Shown here in pieces: positions 18,400 to 28,352 of a stretch of 64,000 nucleotides of DNA (its first letter is position 1; every line of letters begins with the position of its first letter). Location of the stretch: contig JBMNLN010000001.1 in the NCBI GenBank assembly GCA_050952725.1, positions 482,487 through 546,486 of the forward strand, written 5' to 3'. Under the pieces are notes generated by a model. The model was not told the origin of the DNA. It saw only the letters and a list, made by a program, of their open reading frames with translations, and searched no databases. Source of the DNA: Bacilli bacterium (GTDB lineage Bacteria; Bacillota_I; Bacilli_A; RFN20; CAG-826). Made by a program: the position numbers and the translations under genes.

Positions 18400-19884
18400 T
18401 CAATAAATTCCTCCAGATTGATTCGAGGCATCTAAATATTCTTGAAGCACGCTATTAAAATTCGATAATCTCAGTGCGATATCAGATTTATTCTTAAGAC
18501 CATAGATTTCGCCGAGTTCAACCTCTATCGCATTCAACCAAGAATTTTCAAATGTGTGGTAATGGGGCCGCACTCTACCATCGACAAGATCGTCTCCAAT
18601 CTTTCCTAAAGCCGCTCTTGTTTCTCCAGTATTGCCGTCGACAATATCAAGATAAACCTCTTTATTTGCAGGCCAAATGGCAGCAAGAGCAGCGTCGGGA
18701 TTTAAAAATTCCTCTTTGTTCAAAGCTAAAGATTTAATATTTGGAATTAATTGACCACGTTCTACTAAATCTTTTTGAGAGTTTTCATTGGCGCTTAAAT
18801 ATTTAAGTAATTCAAGGGCTGCAGCAGGTTCAGTTGTGGTTTTGGAAATCGCAAGACCAAGCGTGCCAATCCAAGATGTGGATTTAGCGTTGGGGTTTTC
18901 ACCATTATAAGGAACAGGCATCAATCGATAATTCATGTTCTGCATGTTATACATCGGTGTTAAGTAAGGTCCCACCCAACAAAACGCGCTATTTTTAGCT
19001 AAAAACATATTCTGTGCCGTATCGCCTGTTGTTAAAGGCATTACTTTATGTGTATGAATTAGATCCCAAATCCATTCAATTGATTGAGAAAATTCAGGTG
19101 TATTAATCGTGCTGTTCATAGCACCTTCATCAAAATAATCGGCATCATTAGACCAAATTGCTGAAGTTGATTCGTAATACGGAATCGAGTAGAAATTAGG
19201 ATTGTTTTTTTCGGTTCCGTAGTAGTTTTGAATTTTAACGGCAATTGTATTGAATTCATTCCATGTGATTGGGTTAAACGAATCAGCGAGCAAATCCGCC
19301 TCTACTTGGGTCAATTTTCCCAATCCAATCATTTCGTTAATCATGTCGACGTTGTACATCAGAGTCCATGGTCCGATATCCTTTGGGAGACAATATAAAT
19401 TAGAGCCTTCGGAAACCCCTAATTTCTTGGTAACTCGATTGTATGAATACCAATCAACAGCGGTCGGCCATAATTTTGAATATTCCTCTGCTTTGATGCC
19501 GTTTGTGATTGAAAGCAATCTTCCAGAGTCTGCCCAGGTTCTAAATTCATATTCTGGCAAATAGAAAACATCAGGCATTTTTCCTGAAATTCTGCCAGTT
19601 AATGTCGCCATATATTGTGTGGCATCTTGGGTTGTGACTGAAACGACAACATTTGGATAATCATCCATAAAATGATCAATAATCACCGAATAGTTATTGA
19701 TTTCATCCGCAGCTCCCCACATCATGAACTCAATTTTATAGTTTTTAGTTTTATCAAATTCAAATTCTTCAGCTGAAATATTGTCTTCACTATCACCTGA
19801 TTGCGTAAAAAAACACCCTGATAAAACAATAGAAAAAAACATCAACAAACTCGTAAATACAATTTTTGTATTAGCGTTTTTCAT
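18400..19884 (-). CDS. Carbohydrate ABC transporter solute-binding lipoprotein
   Basis: Lipobox LSGC; MPDVFY, LYCLPKD, LMYNVD and ITWNEF fit SBP_bac_1. Confidence 0.9.
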   Translation of the reverse strand: MKNANTKIVFTSLLMFFSIVLSGCFFTQSGDSEDNISAEEFEFDKTKNYKIEFMMWGAADEINNYSVIIDHFMDDYPNVVVSVTTQDATQYMATLTGRISGKMPDVFYLPEYEFRTWADSGRLLSITNGIKAEEYSKLWPTAVDWYSYNRVTKKLGVSEGSNLYCLPKDIGPWTLMYNVDMINEMIGLGKLTQVEADLLADSFNPITWNEFNTIAVKIQNYYGTEKNNPNFYSIPYYESTSAIWSNDADYFDEGAMNSTINTPEFSQSIEWIWDLIHTHKVMPLTTGDTAQNMFLAKNSAFCWVGPYLTPMYNMQNMNYRLMPVPYNGENPNAKSTSWIGTLGLAISKTTTEPAAALELLKYLSANENSQKDLVERGQLIPNIKSLALNKEEFLNPDAALAAIWPANKEVYLDIVDGNTGETRAALGKIGDDLVDGRVRPHYHTFENSWLNAIEVELGEIYGLKNKSDIALRLSNFNSVLQEYLDASNQSGGIY

Positions 19885-19929
19885 GATTTTACCTCGATTT
19901 TATGTTAAATCGTCTATGCTTACACCCTC

Positions 19930-19958
19930 ATAATATTCATTAATTTTTTTACAGTCAA
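19930..19958 (-). promoter_or_regulatory. Sigma-A promoter of the ABC/GH43 operon
   Basis: TTGACT, 17 bp, TATTAT on the minus strand. Confidence 0.65.
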
Positions 19959-19995
19959 CATCGAATTTTGCGTTTTCACAAAAATGCATTTAAAC

Positions 19996-20011
19996 TTCGA
20001 TAATCTTCGAA
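19996..20011. promoter_or_regulatory. Inverted repeat TTCGA-N6-TCGAA, candidate operator of the ArsR-type regulator
   Basis: Palindrome located between the two divergent promoters. Confidence 0.4.
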
Positions 20012-20017
20012 ATTCAA

Positions 20018-20046
20018 TTGACTTTAAAGGAGTTTAATCCTAAAAT
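20018..20046 (+). promoter_or_regulatory. Sigma-A promoter of the regulator gene
   Basis: TTGACT, 17 bp, TAAAAT. Confidence 0.65.
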
Positions 20047-20056
20047 TTGATGTGAT

Positions 20057-21025
20057 ATGGCAAATAAAAAAAGCAAAGTTCCCCAAAAGGAAATGAATCT
20101 TTCTCTTTTGAATGTTCAGCAAGTCGAAGATGTTGCGAATGCCCTTAGTTCAACCACGAGATTGAAAATTATTTCCCTACTTGTGGATAATTCTTATACA
20201 ATTTGTGAAATTGCGCGTTTGCTCAATGTTTCGGTTTCAACCGCATCCTTCCACATTAAACTTTTAAAAAACGCTAGAATTGTCAATTTAACGCGCAATC
20301 CATCTAAAAAGGGAAATGAAAAAATAGTCGCATTAGAAAAGAATAAAATTAGTATTTTAATTGATTATCCTTTAAATGATCGCGCTATTAAAAACAATAG
20401 TTCGTATTTTACCGAAATCCCTATTGGGTCATACTCATCGTTTAAAGTTAAAGGACCATGTGGAATTGCTGACACAAATGGTCAATTAATCGGTCTTGAA
20501 TCTCAACCCGAGATTTTTTATGATTTTCGTACAATTAATGCGGGAATAATATGGTTTTTACAAGGATATTTAAGCTATACGATACCAAACATGGCCTTTA
20601 AAAATCGCCCAATCGAAAGTATCGAAATCTCGTTTGAAGCGTGTAGCGAATGTGCAAATTATAATAACAATTTCAAAAGTGACATTTCAATCTATTTGAA
20701 TGATAAGAAGGTAGGGGTCTATGTCTCTCCTGGGGACTTTGGTGGAAGAAGAGGAAAATATACACCAGAAAGTTGGTCTTTAGCATCAACACAATACGGA
20801 AAGATGGTTCAAATTCGTATTGATGCGAAAGGAACTTACATCAATCAGGAAATATCATCCAATTATACTATCGAGGACTTTCAGGATATCAGCACCGCTG
20901 ATTGTATGAATTTGAAAATATCAATTGACAAAGACAGTAAATACATAGGTGGTATCAATTTGTTTGGAAAAAACTTTGGTGATTACAACCAAGATATTAG
21001 AATAAATATTATCTACAAGAAGTAA
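20057..21025 (+). CDS. ArsR-type HTH transcriptional regulator with large C-terminal sensor domain (COG4189-like)
   Basis: ALSSTTRLKII...EIARLLNVSVSTASFHIKLL HTH; C-domain with PCG, E.CSE and SPGDFGGRRG motifs; divergent from the sugar operon. Confidence 0.85.
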   Translation: MANKKSKVPQKEMNLSLLNVQQVEDVANALSSTTRLKIISLLVDNSYTICEIARLLNVSVSTASFHIKLLKNARIVNLTRNPSKKGNEKIVALEKNKISILIDYPLNDRAIKNNSSYFTEIPIGSYSSFKVKGPCGIADTNGQLIGLESQPEIFYDFRTINAGIIWFLQGYLSYTIPNMAFKNRPIESIEISFEACSECANYNNNFKSDISIYLNDKKVGVYVSPGDFGGRRGKYTPESWSLASTQYGKMVQIRIDAKGTYINQEISSNYTIEDFQDISTADCMNLKISIDKDSKYIGGINLFGKNFGDYNQDIRINIIYKK

Positions 21026-21072
21026 TATCTCTTTTAAACATAAGCAAATTTGTATGAGCGATTTTAATATTT

Positions 21073-22452
21073 CTAGAAGGATTCGCATTTTTTCTTGAGT
21101 AAAGCGCAAGTTTCAACATGATGGGTAAAAGGGAACATATCAACTGGATGGAGAGTGCCGACTTCGTAATGATTTTTTAATAAGGCGATATCTCGCGCCA
21201 TGGTGGCGGGATCACAGGAGACATAAATGATCTTTGATGGAAGAACGCGCAGAAGTGACTTAATAAATTTTTGCGATGCTCCTCTGCGAGGCGGATCAAG
21301 AATGACGACATCAAAACGCTGTCCCGTTTTAGCGGCGTTTTCCAAAAAATCACCAGCATCTCCTTCGTAAAACCGCGCATTTTTAATTTTATTACGCTTG
21401 GCGTTCATCTCCGCATCTTTAACTGCAACTTTCACGCTTTCCACTCCAATGACTTCGCGGACATAGGAAGAAATGACGAGTCCAATGCTTCCGATTCCTG
21501 AATAGGCATCCAAAACTCTCTCATTACCATTAAATTCAGCAAGATCGATAATCGTTTGATATAGTTTTTCCGTTTGGAGAGGATTGATTTGAAAAAAGGA
21601 TTTTGGGGAAATGCGAAATTCCACCTTCGCAATTTTATCCTTGATATAACCTGGTCCAAAAAGAACTTTATCTTTAAGGCCGAGAATGACATTAGTCTGA
21701 TCTTTATTGATGTTTTGGGTAATGGTCGTAATTTCTTTATGTTCCTCGAGTAATGCTTCAAGGAAAGAATTAAGATTAGGGATAAATTCTTTCACAGTGA
21801 CAAGAACCACCATTAAATGAGAGAAATGATAAGAAGTGCGAATTAAGACATGGCGAAGAAAACCTGTATGGGCATCTTCATCATAGGGAGGGATTTGATA
21901 TTTAATCATTAATTCACGAATGGTGTGAATAACGGGACCAGCTTTGTCGTTTTCGATATAACATTGTTTGACAGGGATGATGTCATGGGTTTTGGCTCGA
22001 TAAAAACCCGATACGATTTTACCCTTTTTTTCAAAACCAAATGGCATTTGCGTCTTATTGCGGTAAAAATAGGGTTCTTTCATGCCGATGACATTGGCGA
22101 CTTCAGGGTCAATGTGAGCGATGTTATGAAAAGCATCTTTAACTTTTTGTTTTTTGAATTCTAATTGGGCTGGGTAGGCGAGATTTTGAAACTGACAACC
22201 ACCACACGCGGTCGCGATGGGACAGCGCGGCTCAATTCGCTCGGGCGCAAAAGTGTGGAGTTTTACAATTCGGCCATAGTTAGCTTTTCTGGAAACGTAT
22301 TCAACGCGGACATCGGCACTTTCGCTTTTATTTAAAGACGGCACGAAAATAGACTCGCCATTTTCAGTGCGCAAAATCGCAAGGCCATCAAAAGTATAAT
22401 TAACAGCTTTCCCAAAGACGATATCGCCCTTTTTTAGTAAGGATCGCCGCAT
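21073..22452 (-). CDS. rlmD: 23S rRNA (uracil-C5)-methyltransferase
   Basis: TRAM domain, CPIATACGGCQFQ, SFFQIN, LDPPR, YVSCDPAT, VDMFPFTHHVE. Confidence 0.93.
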   Translation of the reverse strand: MRRSLLKKGDIVFGKAVNYTFDGLAILRTENGESIFVPSLNKSESADVRVEYVSRKANYGRIVKLHTFAPERIEPRCPIATACGGCQFQNLAYPAQLEFKKQKVKDAFHNIAHIDPEVANVIGMKEPYFYRNKTQMPFGFEKKGKIVSGFYRAKTHDIIPVKQCYIENDKAGPVIHTIRELMIKYQIPPYDEDAHTGFLRHVLIRTSYHFSHLMVVLVTVKEFIPNLNSFLEALLEEHKEITTITQNINKDQTNVILGLKDKVLFGPGYIKDKIAKVEFRISPKSFFQINPLQTEKLYQTIIDLAEFNGNERVLDAYSGIGSIGLVISSYVREVIGVESVKVAVKDAEMNAKRNKIKNARFYEGDAGDFLENAAKTGQRFDVVILDPPRRGASQKFIKSLLRVLPSKIIYVSCDPATMARDIALLKNHYEVGTLHPVDMFPFTHHVETCALLKKKCESF

Positions 22453-22453
22453 C

Positions 22454-24043
22454 TTATTTTCCCTGCATTAAACCAGTGATATAGGGAACTTCCACCGCTG
22501 AATCAAGCCGGGGGAAAAGGGGAGCGCCTTTTTGTACGGTTTCGCCCCCGAGAACTGCGAAAGTATAGACGTTTTGATATTGGCGTTTTTCTTGGGCGAC
22601 TCCGAGTTGGTCAAAGAGTTTATTCGGCGCTTCGACTAAAACGGGCTTCAACAATAAAGCGGTTTTAAATAATACATTAGCGAGATGATTCATCACACTT
22701 TGTAATTCAGCGATTTGACCATTCTTTTTAAGATTCCAAGGCTCAGTATTGTCGATATATTTGTTACCCGCGCTAATTAAAGTAAAGACGGAAACAATCG
22801 CTTCTGTGATTTCCAAATTCCCCATCTTTTTTTCGAAATCGAGGACGGTTTTAGCAGCTAAATTTTCTAAATCTTGGTCAAAAGGAGTAACTGTTCCCTG
22901 ATAAGAGGGAATTTCGCCATCAAAATATTTATTAATCATTGAAATCGTGCGATGGAGGAGATTACCAAAGTCATTAGCGAGATCGACATTGGTTCTTTCG
23001 ATGAATTGTTCAGGGGTAAAAGTCCCATCACTACCAAAGACAGTTTCGCGAGCGAGGTAATAGCGAACGGCATCAACCCCATAACGTTCAATCAAGGGGA
23101 TGGGGTCGATGACATTACCACGAGATTTTGACATCTTGCCGTCCTTCATCATTAAAAGCCCATGGACGAATTCACGATCGGGAAGACGAAGACCTTCACT
23201 CATTAAGAACATCGGCCAATAGATCGCATGGAAGCGGGTGATATCCGCCCCCACCACATGGATGATTTCTGTGCTTTCATCCTCCCAAAACTTTTTAAAT
23301 AATTCGGGATTATCGGTATTTAGATATCCAAGCGCGGAAATATAATTGCTTAAAGCATCAAGCCAAACATAGACGACATGTTTGGGATTTTCTTTCACAG
23401 GGACGCCCCAGGAAAAAGAAGTTCGAGAAACACTTAAATCTTCAAGGCCAGGTTTAATAAAGGTGTTAATCATCTCGTTTTTTCGCGAGACTGGGGTAAT
23501 GAAATTGGGGTGGTCATCATAGTATTTCATCAACCGGTCGACATATTTGCCAGTTTTGAAAAAATATGTTTCTTCTTTGGCTTTTTCGACAGGACGGTGA
23601 CATTCTGGACAAAGGTGTTCCGGTCCAACTTGAGTATCAGTCCAAAAAGCTTCTTCGTGCGGGCAATACCAACCTTGGTATTTACCGAGATAGATATCTC
23701 CGCGTTTTAACATATTCGAGAAAAGGGTTTGCACAGTTTTTATGTGTCTTTGCTCAGTTGTCCGGATAAAATCATCATTGGTGATATGGAGTTTTTTCCA
23801 AAGTTCTTTAAAGTTTAAAATGATGCCATCGACGAATTCTTGCGGAGACAATCCGGCCGCTTCGGCGTTGCGTTCAATTTTTAAACCATGTTCGTCCGCA
23901 CCTGTTAAAAAGTATGTTTCATAACCTTGTTCACGGCGAAAACGCGCATAAACATCGCACAGCGTCGTGCAATAAGCATGACCGATATGAAGTTTGGCGC
24001 TGGGGTAATAAATTGGGGTGGTGATGTAGAATTTATTTTTCAT
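22454..24043 (-). CDS. metG: Methionine--tRNA ligase (no C-terminal tRNA-binding domain)
   Basis: YITTPIYY, HIGH, YVWLDAL, KMSKS. Confidence 0.97.
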   Translation of the reverse strand: MKNKFYITTPIYYPSAKLHIGHAYCTTLCDVYARFRREQGYETYFLTGADEHGLKIERNAEAAGLSPQEFVDGIILNFKELWKKLHITNDDFIRTTEQRHIKTVQTLFSNMLKRGDIYLGKYQGWYCPHEEAFWTDTQVGPEHLCPECHRPVEKAKEETYFFKTGKYVDRLMKYYDDHPNFITPVSRKNEMINTFIKPGLEDLSVSRTSFSWGVPVKENPKHVVYVWLDALSNYISALGYLNTDNPELFKKFWEDESTEIIHVVGADITRFHAIYWPMFLMSEGLRLPDREFVHGLLMMKDGKMSKSRGNVIDPIPLIERYGVDAVRYYLARETVFGSDGTFTPEQFIERTNVDLANDFGNLLHRTISMINKYFDGEIPSYQGTVTPFDQDLENLAAKTVLDFEKKMGNLEITEAIVSVFTLISAGNKYIDNTEPWNLKKNGQIAELQSVMNHLANVLFKTALLLKPVLVEAPNKLFDQLGVAQEKRQYQNVYTFAVLGGETVQKGAPLFPRLDSAVEVPYITGLMQGK

Positions 24044-24068
24044 AGGGACACCTCTATTTAATCATAAC

Positions 24069-24098
24069 AAAAAACCGCCACCCAGGAGGATGACGGTG
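24069..24098 (-). terminator. Terminator after rpmE
   Basis: ACCGTCATCC-TCCT-GGGTGGCGGT followed by a T-run on the minus strand. Confidence 0.7.
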
Positions 24099-24104
24099 TG
24101 AGAA

Positions 24105-24314
24105 TTATTGTTTGATGCCGTATTTCTTATTGAATCGGTCGACCCGTCCATCAGCTTGAGTAAACCGCTGTTTGCCCGTATAGAATGGATGACAACTGGA
24201 ACAGGTATCAACTTTAATTTCTTCGCCGGCGGTTGAGCCAGTTTCAAAAGTATTGCCACAGGTCACGCAGGTGACCGTCGCTTTAAAGTATTTAGGGTGA
24301 ATTTTTTCTTTCAT
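24105..24314 (-). CDS. rpmE: 50S ribosomal protein L31 (zinc-binding type)
   Basis: [13 protein letters not shown]...[20 protein letters not shown]. Confidence 0.97.
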   Translation of the reverse strand: MKEKIHPKYFKATVTCVTCGNTFETGSTAGEEIKVDTCSSCHPFYTGKQRFTQADGRVDRFNKKYGIKQ

Positions 24315-24334
24315 CAGTCAAATCTCCTTCCGCC

Positions 24335-24357
24335 TTAAACTCATACAGTGAGTCTAA
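24335..24357 (-). promoter_or_regulatory. rpmE leader hairpin (candidate L31 autoregulatory leader)
   Basis: Stem-loop TTAGACTCA-CTGTA-TGAGTTTAA just upstream of the GGCGGAAGGAG RBS. Confidence 0.5.
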
Positions 24358-24374
24358 AGAAAGTTTGCTTAGTT

Positions 24375-24403
24375 ATATTATCACGCACCCGCGCGTAAAG
24401 CAA
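24375..24403 (-). promoter_or_regulatory. Sigma-A promoter of rpmE
   Basis: TTGCTT, 17 bp, TAATAT with extended TG. Confidence 0.55.
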
Positions 24404-24424
24404 TGAGAATAATTACAGCAAAAT

Positions 24425-24452
24425 AAAAAAACGACCCAGTGAACTGAGTCGT
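24425..24452 (-). terminator. Terminator after lemA
   Basis: ACGACTCAG-TTCA-CTGGGTCGT followed by T7 on the minus strand. Confidence 0.8.
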
Positions 24453-24471
24453 AATTTTACAGTAGTAAAGT

Positions 24472-25137
24472 TTAGAAGAATTTTTGACGAGCGCCTTCTT
24501 TGACTTCGCGACTAGCAGCGAAGGGAATCCGGGTTGTATACCCAAGTTTCGCGGCGACGATCATTTTTGTCGGCCAATCAAAGATGTCTTGGTTCCATCT
24601 TAAAACGGTGTCATTATAGACTTCACGCGCTGCGGTAATCTCGCGTTGTAAGTAGCTGTTTTGTTGCATCGCATCAGTCAAGGCCCGATGCGATTTAAGA
24701 TCTGGATAAGCCTCAAAGGCTACGCTGACAGTGCGCATTGCTGAATCGAGTTCGGCGGCGACATCGTTCCGACTTTCGTCAGTGGGACGAAGACCACCGC
24801 GATAAGCAGAGACCGTCTTCATTACGTCTTTATCGAGATCAATTGATTTTTCAACAATTCCGACCACGTTTTGTAAAATTTGGAAACGCTGCTCGAGATA
24901 GTTGTCAATTTGTGAAGCATTGTGTTGGAGTTTTTGTTGGAGTTGGTTTAAGTATTCTCGCGCTTTGATCTTCTTGAATAAGAAGATGACGCCAGGGATA
25001 ATCCCTAAAACCCAAAGGAGGATTTCAAAAACAGTCGAACCCCAGCCAACCTTAACTTTGATTTGTTTTTGGATGACATTAATGTCGCGTCCTTCTTCAC
25101 TAACTGGTCCAGTTAATTCGTCTAATTCGTTTGCCAT
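24472..25137 (-). CDS. lemA: LemA family protein
   Basis: N-terminal TM; SQIDNYLEQRF, EAYPDLKS, ITAAREVYNDTV. Confidence 0.88.
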   Translation of the reverse strand: MANELDELTGPVSEEGRDINVIQKQIKVKVGWGSTVFEILLWVLGIIPGVIFLFKKIKAREYLNQLQQKLQHNASQIDNYLEQRFQILQNVVGIVEKSIDLDKDVMKTVSAYRGGLRPTDESRNDVAAELDSAMRTVSVAFEAYPDLKSHRALTDAMQQNSYLQREITAAREVYNDTVLRWNQDIFDWPTKMIVAAKLGYTTRIPFAASREVKEGARQKFF

Positions 25138-25186
25138 ATTATTTCTCCTTTTTCTATATGTACAACTTTATTTTATATTTTTCTGG

Positions 25187-27001
25187 TTATTCAGGCAATT
25201 CATTTTTAAGATGTGCTAGCAATAATCCGACCTTTTTTATCTCCTCGATATTTTCACCGCGTTGTTGCAGGCGTTCAAGTAGAGCGTCACGGGCGGATTT
25301 GGGAGTTTCATCTTCCTTAATCTCGGGAACGTCAATCGCCACCTCTGTGCGTTGTTCAACTGGAATGTATTCGGTCCAATGAACGGGCACGTTATGGGTA
25401 CGACCATCATTACCGCGAACTGGGATGTAATCGACATGCTCTTCGGTGGTAAATCCATAAGCATCAACTTGGAGATAATCACGGCGATCTTCGCTTTTTA
25501 CCACACTGGTTTTCAAGATGTTCCGCGTTCTTGATAAAGGGTGAATAAACGCTTCGAGATTCATGCGATTGACCACATGTTCATGTTCATAAAAACTCGC
25601 GTAGGAAGAGTAATAATCCTTATAAATATACTCTTGCGGCTTATGATGCTGGTAAAGCGGAATCGCCATCAGGGGAGCAAAAGCGAAATAGATTTCTTTG
25701 AAGTATGTGTTATTGTAATCGACAAATCTTTCGCGAATGGCATCAACATCATAACCGTGGAATGCGGTAGGATTGACAAAGAATTTAGATTGCAAAAGAT
25801 GTTGCGGATAGACAACATTGATCATCTTGCGTTTTTTAAAATCAAAATTGTCCCCGTAGCCAATTTTATTATCTTTCATCAAAGCCAGTAGTTGTCTTTG
25901 GGCTAAAGGAGTAAAGAGCATTCTAAACTGCACTTCATTATCGCGGTTATGCGCGCCGAAGAGGACTTCAAATTCAGTATTCCCCATCATGGTGAAATCT
26001 CCGCCTTTGGAGACTTCTTTTCGCGCCTTTTTCTCGAGTTTTTTGGCTCCGCGGGTGACAGCTCTTTCAATTTGCTTTTCCGACATCTTTTCCGCATCAG
26101 AATCCGTGCGGTCAAAACTTAAATCAGGCGCCGCTTCATTTCCGTAAACGACATAGGGAATTTCGTGATAATAGGGATGAGGTTTTTCTAGACTTGCATA
26201 GAGAGTTTGGGTATGGGTTTGAGTTACGCGACGGCCATCTACATATGTTGTAGTGGTATAGGTAATAACAAGGGAACCTGTATAGGTTTTGGTGCCCATG
26301 TGGTGAACTAAATCGCGCCCAAAAAAGAACGGGTTCCCCATAATTTCTCCCGATTGAATATAGAGAGTGGAACGCGTTTTATTATCTTCATCTGAAAGAC
26401 CGAATTTACCATAGAGATAGTCGAGTCTACGCGTATCAAAATAGGAATCAAACTCAATCATCGGTAGGGTCTTTTGGAAAAGTTCTTTTTGCATCCCATC
26501 AGCAAAAAGGTCATTGAGGGCCTTCATCTGTTGTAAAGCTTCTGCCTGTAAACTTGCCGCTTGCTCATCGAGGGCGCCTTTGGCGCCAAGCAACTTAAGA
26601 ATATCAGGTCGAACTTTAAATATAATCAATAAAACACTCCCGATTGTGGCAAGGACTCCGCCGCCTCCGACGAGGAAAGGAACGGCTTTTTTAACTTCTT
26701 CATCATTCGAAATGACGATAGCAACAATTAAAGCGACAATTCCAATAATAGCCAAAAAGATAAGAAAACCTCGCAATACTTTCTTTTTCGATATTGATTT
26801 GAGCAGATTGGAAATTTTGTTTTTGACAGTGTTTAACTTACCTACTGTCGCCCGATTAAGATCGACGTTAACTCCTGATTTTTCGATTAATGCATCGATA
26901 TAGGAATTGGTGTTATCATTGTGAAGATTTTTAAAGACTTTTTGAAATTGCTTTAAGGGATCTTCGATAAAACTAGCATCACTTGTGAATAGGTCTCCCA
27001 T
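25187..27001 (-). CDS. LemA-associated 2-TM membrane protein (Mycoplasma MAG1210-like)
   Basis: Two TMs near the N-terminus; large domain with KTYTGSL, EFEVLFGA.NRDNEVQFR.LFTPLAQ; directly upstream of lemA. Confidence 0.65.
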   Translation of the reverse strand: MGDLFTSDASFIEDPLKQFQKVFKNLHNDNTNSYIDALIEKSGVNVDLNRATVGKLNTVKNKISNLLKSISKKKVLRGFLIFLAIIGIVALIVAIVISNDEEVKKAVPFLVGGGGVLATIGSVLLIIFKVRPDILKLLGAKGALDEQAASLQAEALQQMKALNDLFADGMQKELFQKTLPMIEFDSYFDTRRLDYLYGKFGLSDEDNKTRSTLYIQSGEIMGNPFFFGRDLVHHMGTKTYTGSLVITYTTTTYVDGRRVTQTHTQTLYASLEKPHPYYHEIPYVVYGNEAAPDLSFDRTDSDAEKMSEKQIERAVTRGAKKLEKKARKEVSKGGDFTMMGNTEFEVLFGAHNRDNEVQFRMLFTPLAQRQLLALMKDNKIGYGDNFDFKKRKMINVVYPQHLLQSKFFVNPTAFHGYDVDAIRERFVDYNNTYFKEIYFAFAPLMAIPLYQHHKPQEYIYKDYYSSYASFYEHEHVVNRMNLEAFIHPLSRTRNILKTSVVKSEDRRDYLQVDAYGFTTEEHVDYIPVRGNDGRTHNVPVHWTEYIPVEQRTEVAIDVPEIKEDETPKSARDALLERLQQRGENIEEIKKVGLLLAHLKNELPE

Positions 27002-27164
27002 ATTTTCCCTCCTTAGATTCGATAGAACACATTACCATTTTACCACCCTTATCTCCTCTTACGAAATAGAAAAACTTACTTGGATGTAATTTAAATTGAC
27101 TCGCTGCTCTTTCCAAACTATTCTTGCCCTTTTCTGGTTTGTAGTAATTAAGTAAAATAATGAT

Positions 27165-27782
27165 ATGAGCAAAGAAAAAAACATTATCAATGAGGCACGG
27201 AAACTAGTGTTTCGTCAACTTCAAGATGAACCTTCGGGTCATGATTATGAACATGTGGCCCGAGTGGTTTTTATGGCAAAGAAACTTGCCACGCATTACC
27301 CTTTGAGCAAGCAACAAAAATTCATTTTAGAATTGAGCGCTTGGCTGCACGACCTAGATGATCGCAAACTTGAAAAAAAGACAGATGACTTAACTGTGCC
27401 CAACTTTCTTTGTGAGCATTTTTTAGATAAAAAAATCATAAATGAAATTTTGGAGATTATCAAAAATATTTCTTATCAAGCCTCATTGTCGGGGGCAAAA
27501 CAGACGACAATTGTGGGGAAAATCGTGCAAGATGCCGACCGTTTGGATGCTCTAGGTGTTATTGGAGTAGCCCGTGCATTTGCATATGGCGGCTCTAAAA
27601 AGCGACCAATGCGTGAATCGCTTGCTCACTTTGAAGAAAAACTCTTAAAGTTACTTCCGCTTTTTAACCTTCCAGAAACCGCGGAAATTGCCCAAAAGCG
27701 CCACCGAGATTTGCAAGAATTCTATCGTAAATATAATGAGGAAAATCAATATGAAGAATATGATTTACTAGACGAAAACTGA
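27165..27782 (+). CDS. HD-domain phosphohydrolase
   Basis: SGHDYEHVARV, WLHD, VQDADRLDALG, HFEEKLL. Confidence 0.9.
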   Translation: MSKEKNIINEARKLVFRQLQDEPSGHDYEHVARVVFMAKKLATHYPLSKQQKFILELSAWLHDLDDRKLEKKTDDLTVPNFLCEHFLDKKIINEILEIIKNISYQASLSGAKQTTIVGKIVQDADRLDALGVIGVARAFAYGGSKKRPMRESLAHFEEKLLKLLPLFNLPETAEIAQKRHRDLQEFYRKYNEENQYEEYDLLDEN

Positions 27783-27785
27783 ACT

Positions 27786-28304
27786 ATGGGAAGAAATATT
27801 TGCATTATTCTTTTGTTTGATCCGATTACAAATCAACACTTAACGCGGTTAATGGAAAAAACTGCGGCTTTTGATTTACCCACAAAAAATCATTATCCGC
27901 ATCTTACCATTGCAAATTATCCCGGGATTAACCCCCGAAAAGTTAAGAGTTATTTTGCGAACTTTTTCAAAAAAATCAAGGCGTTTCCCATCTCGTTTAT
28001 TCATTTAATTCGCCTTGATCAAAAGATTATTGCGATTGAACCAGGCTCATCAAATACCTTGATGGAAATCTATGAAAACTTCAATATCAAATACGGAGAA
28101 GATGCTAATGTTTGGACAAAAAGCATCGCCACTTTTCGACCTCATATTTCCATTGCTCAAGGTGAAGCAGCCATCTTAGATCAACTCTACCCTTACCTTC
28201 TTGATGCATTTGTACCGTTTAATGGATATATAACTGCAGTTGAGGTGAGTGAAGTTCTTAATGAGGGTTATAAAATTCTCGCTCGGATCGACCTAGAAAA
28301 ATAG
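27786..28304 (+). CDS. 2H phosphoesterase (2'-5' RNA ligase family)
   Basis: Two HxT/S motifs: PHLTI and PHISI. Confidence 0.82.
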   Translation: MGRNICIILLFDPITNQHLTRLMEKTAAFDLPTKNHYPHLTIANYPGINPRKVKSYFANFFKKIKAFPISFIHLIRLDQKIIAIEPGSSNTLMEIYENFNIKYGEDANVWTKSIATFRPHISIAQGEAAILDQLYPYLLDAFVPFNGYITAVEVSEVLNEGYKILARIDLEK

Positions 28305-28352
28305 TTTTTAAAAAAGGCAGATTCAATCCCCTTCTTTTTTAGACGATGAAAT

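Noticed and set aside
24062-24259. 65-aa ORF overlapping rpmE
   Set aside because: Alternative frame of a clear L31 gene and its terminator.
27165-28304. HD plus 2H phosphoesterase pair as a defence or signalling system
   Set aside because: Both look like common stand-alone housekeeping families; no cyclase, nuclease or effector is nearby.
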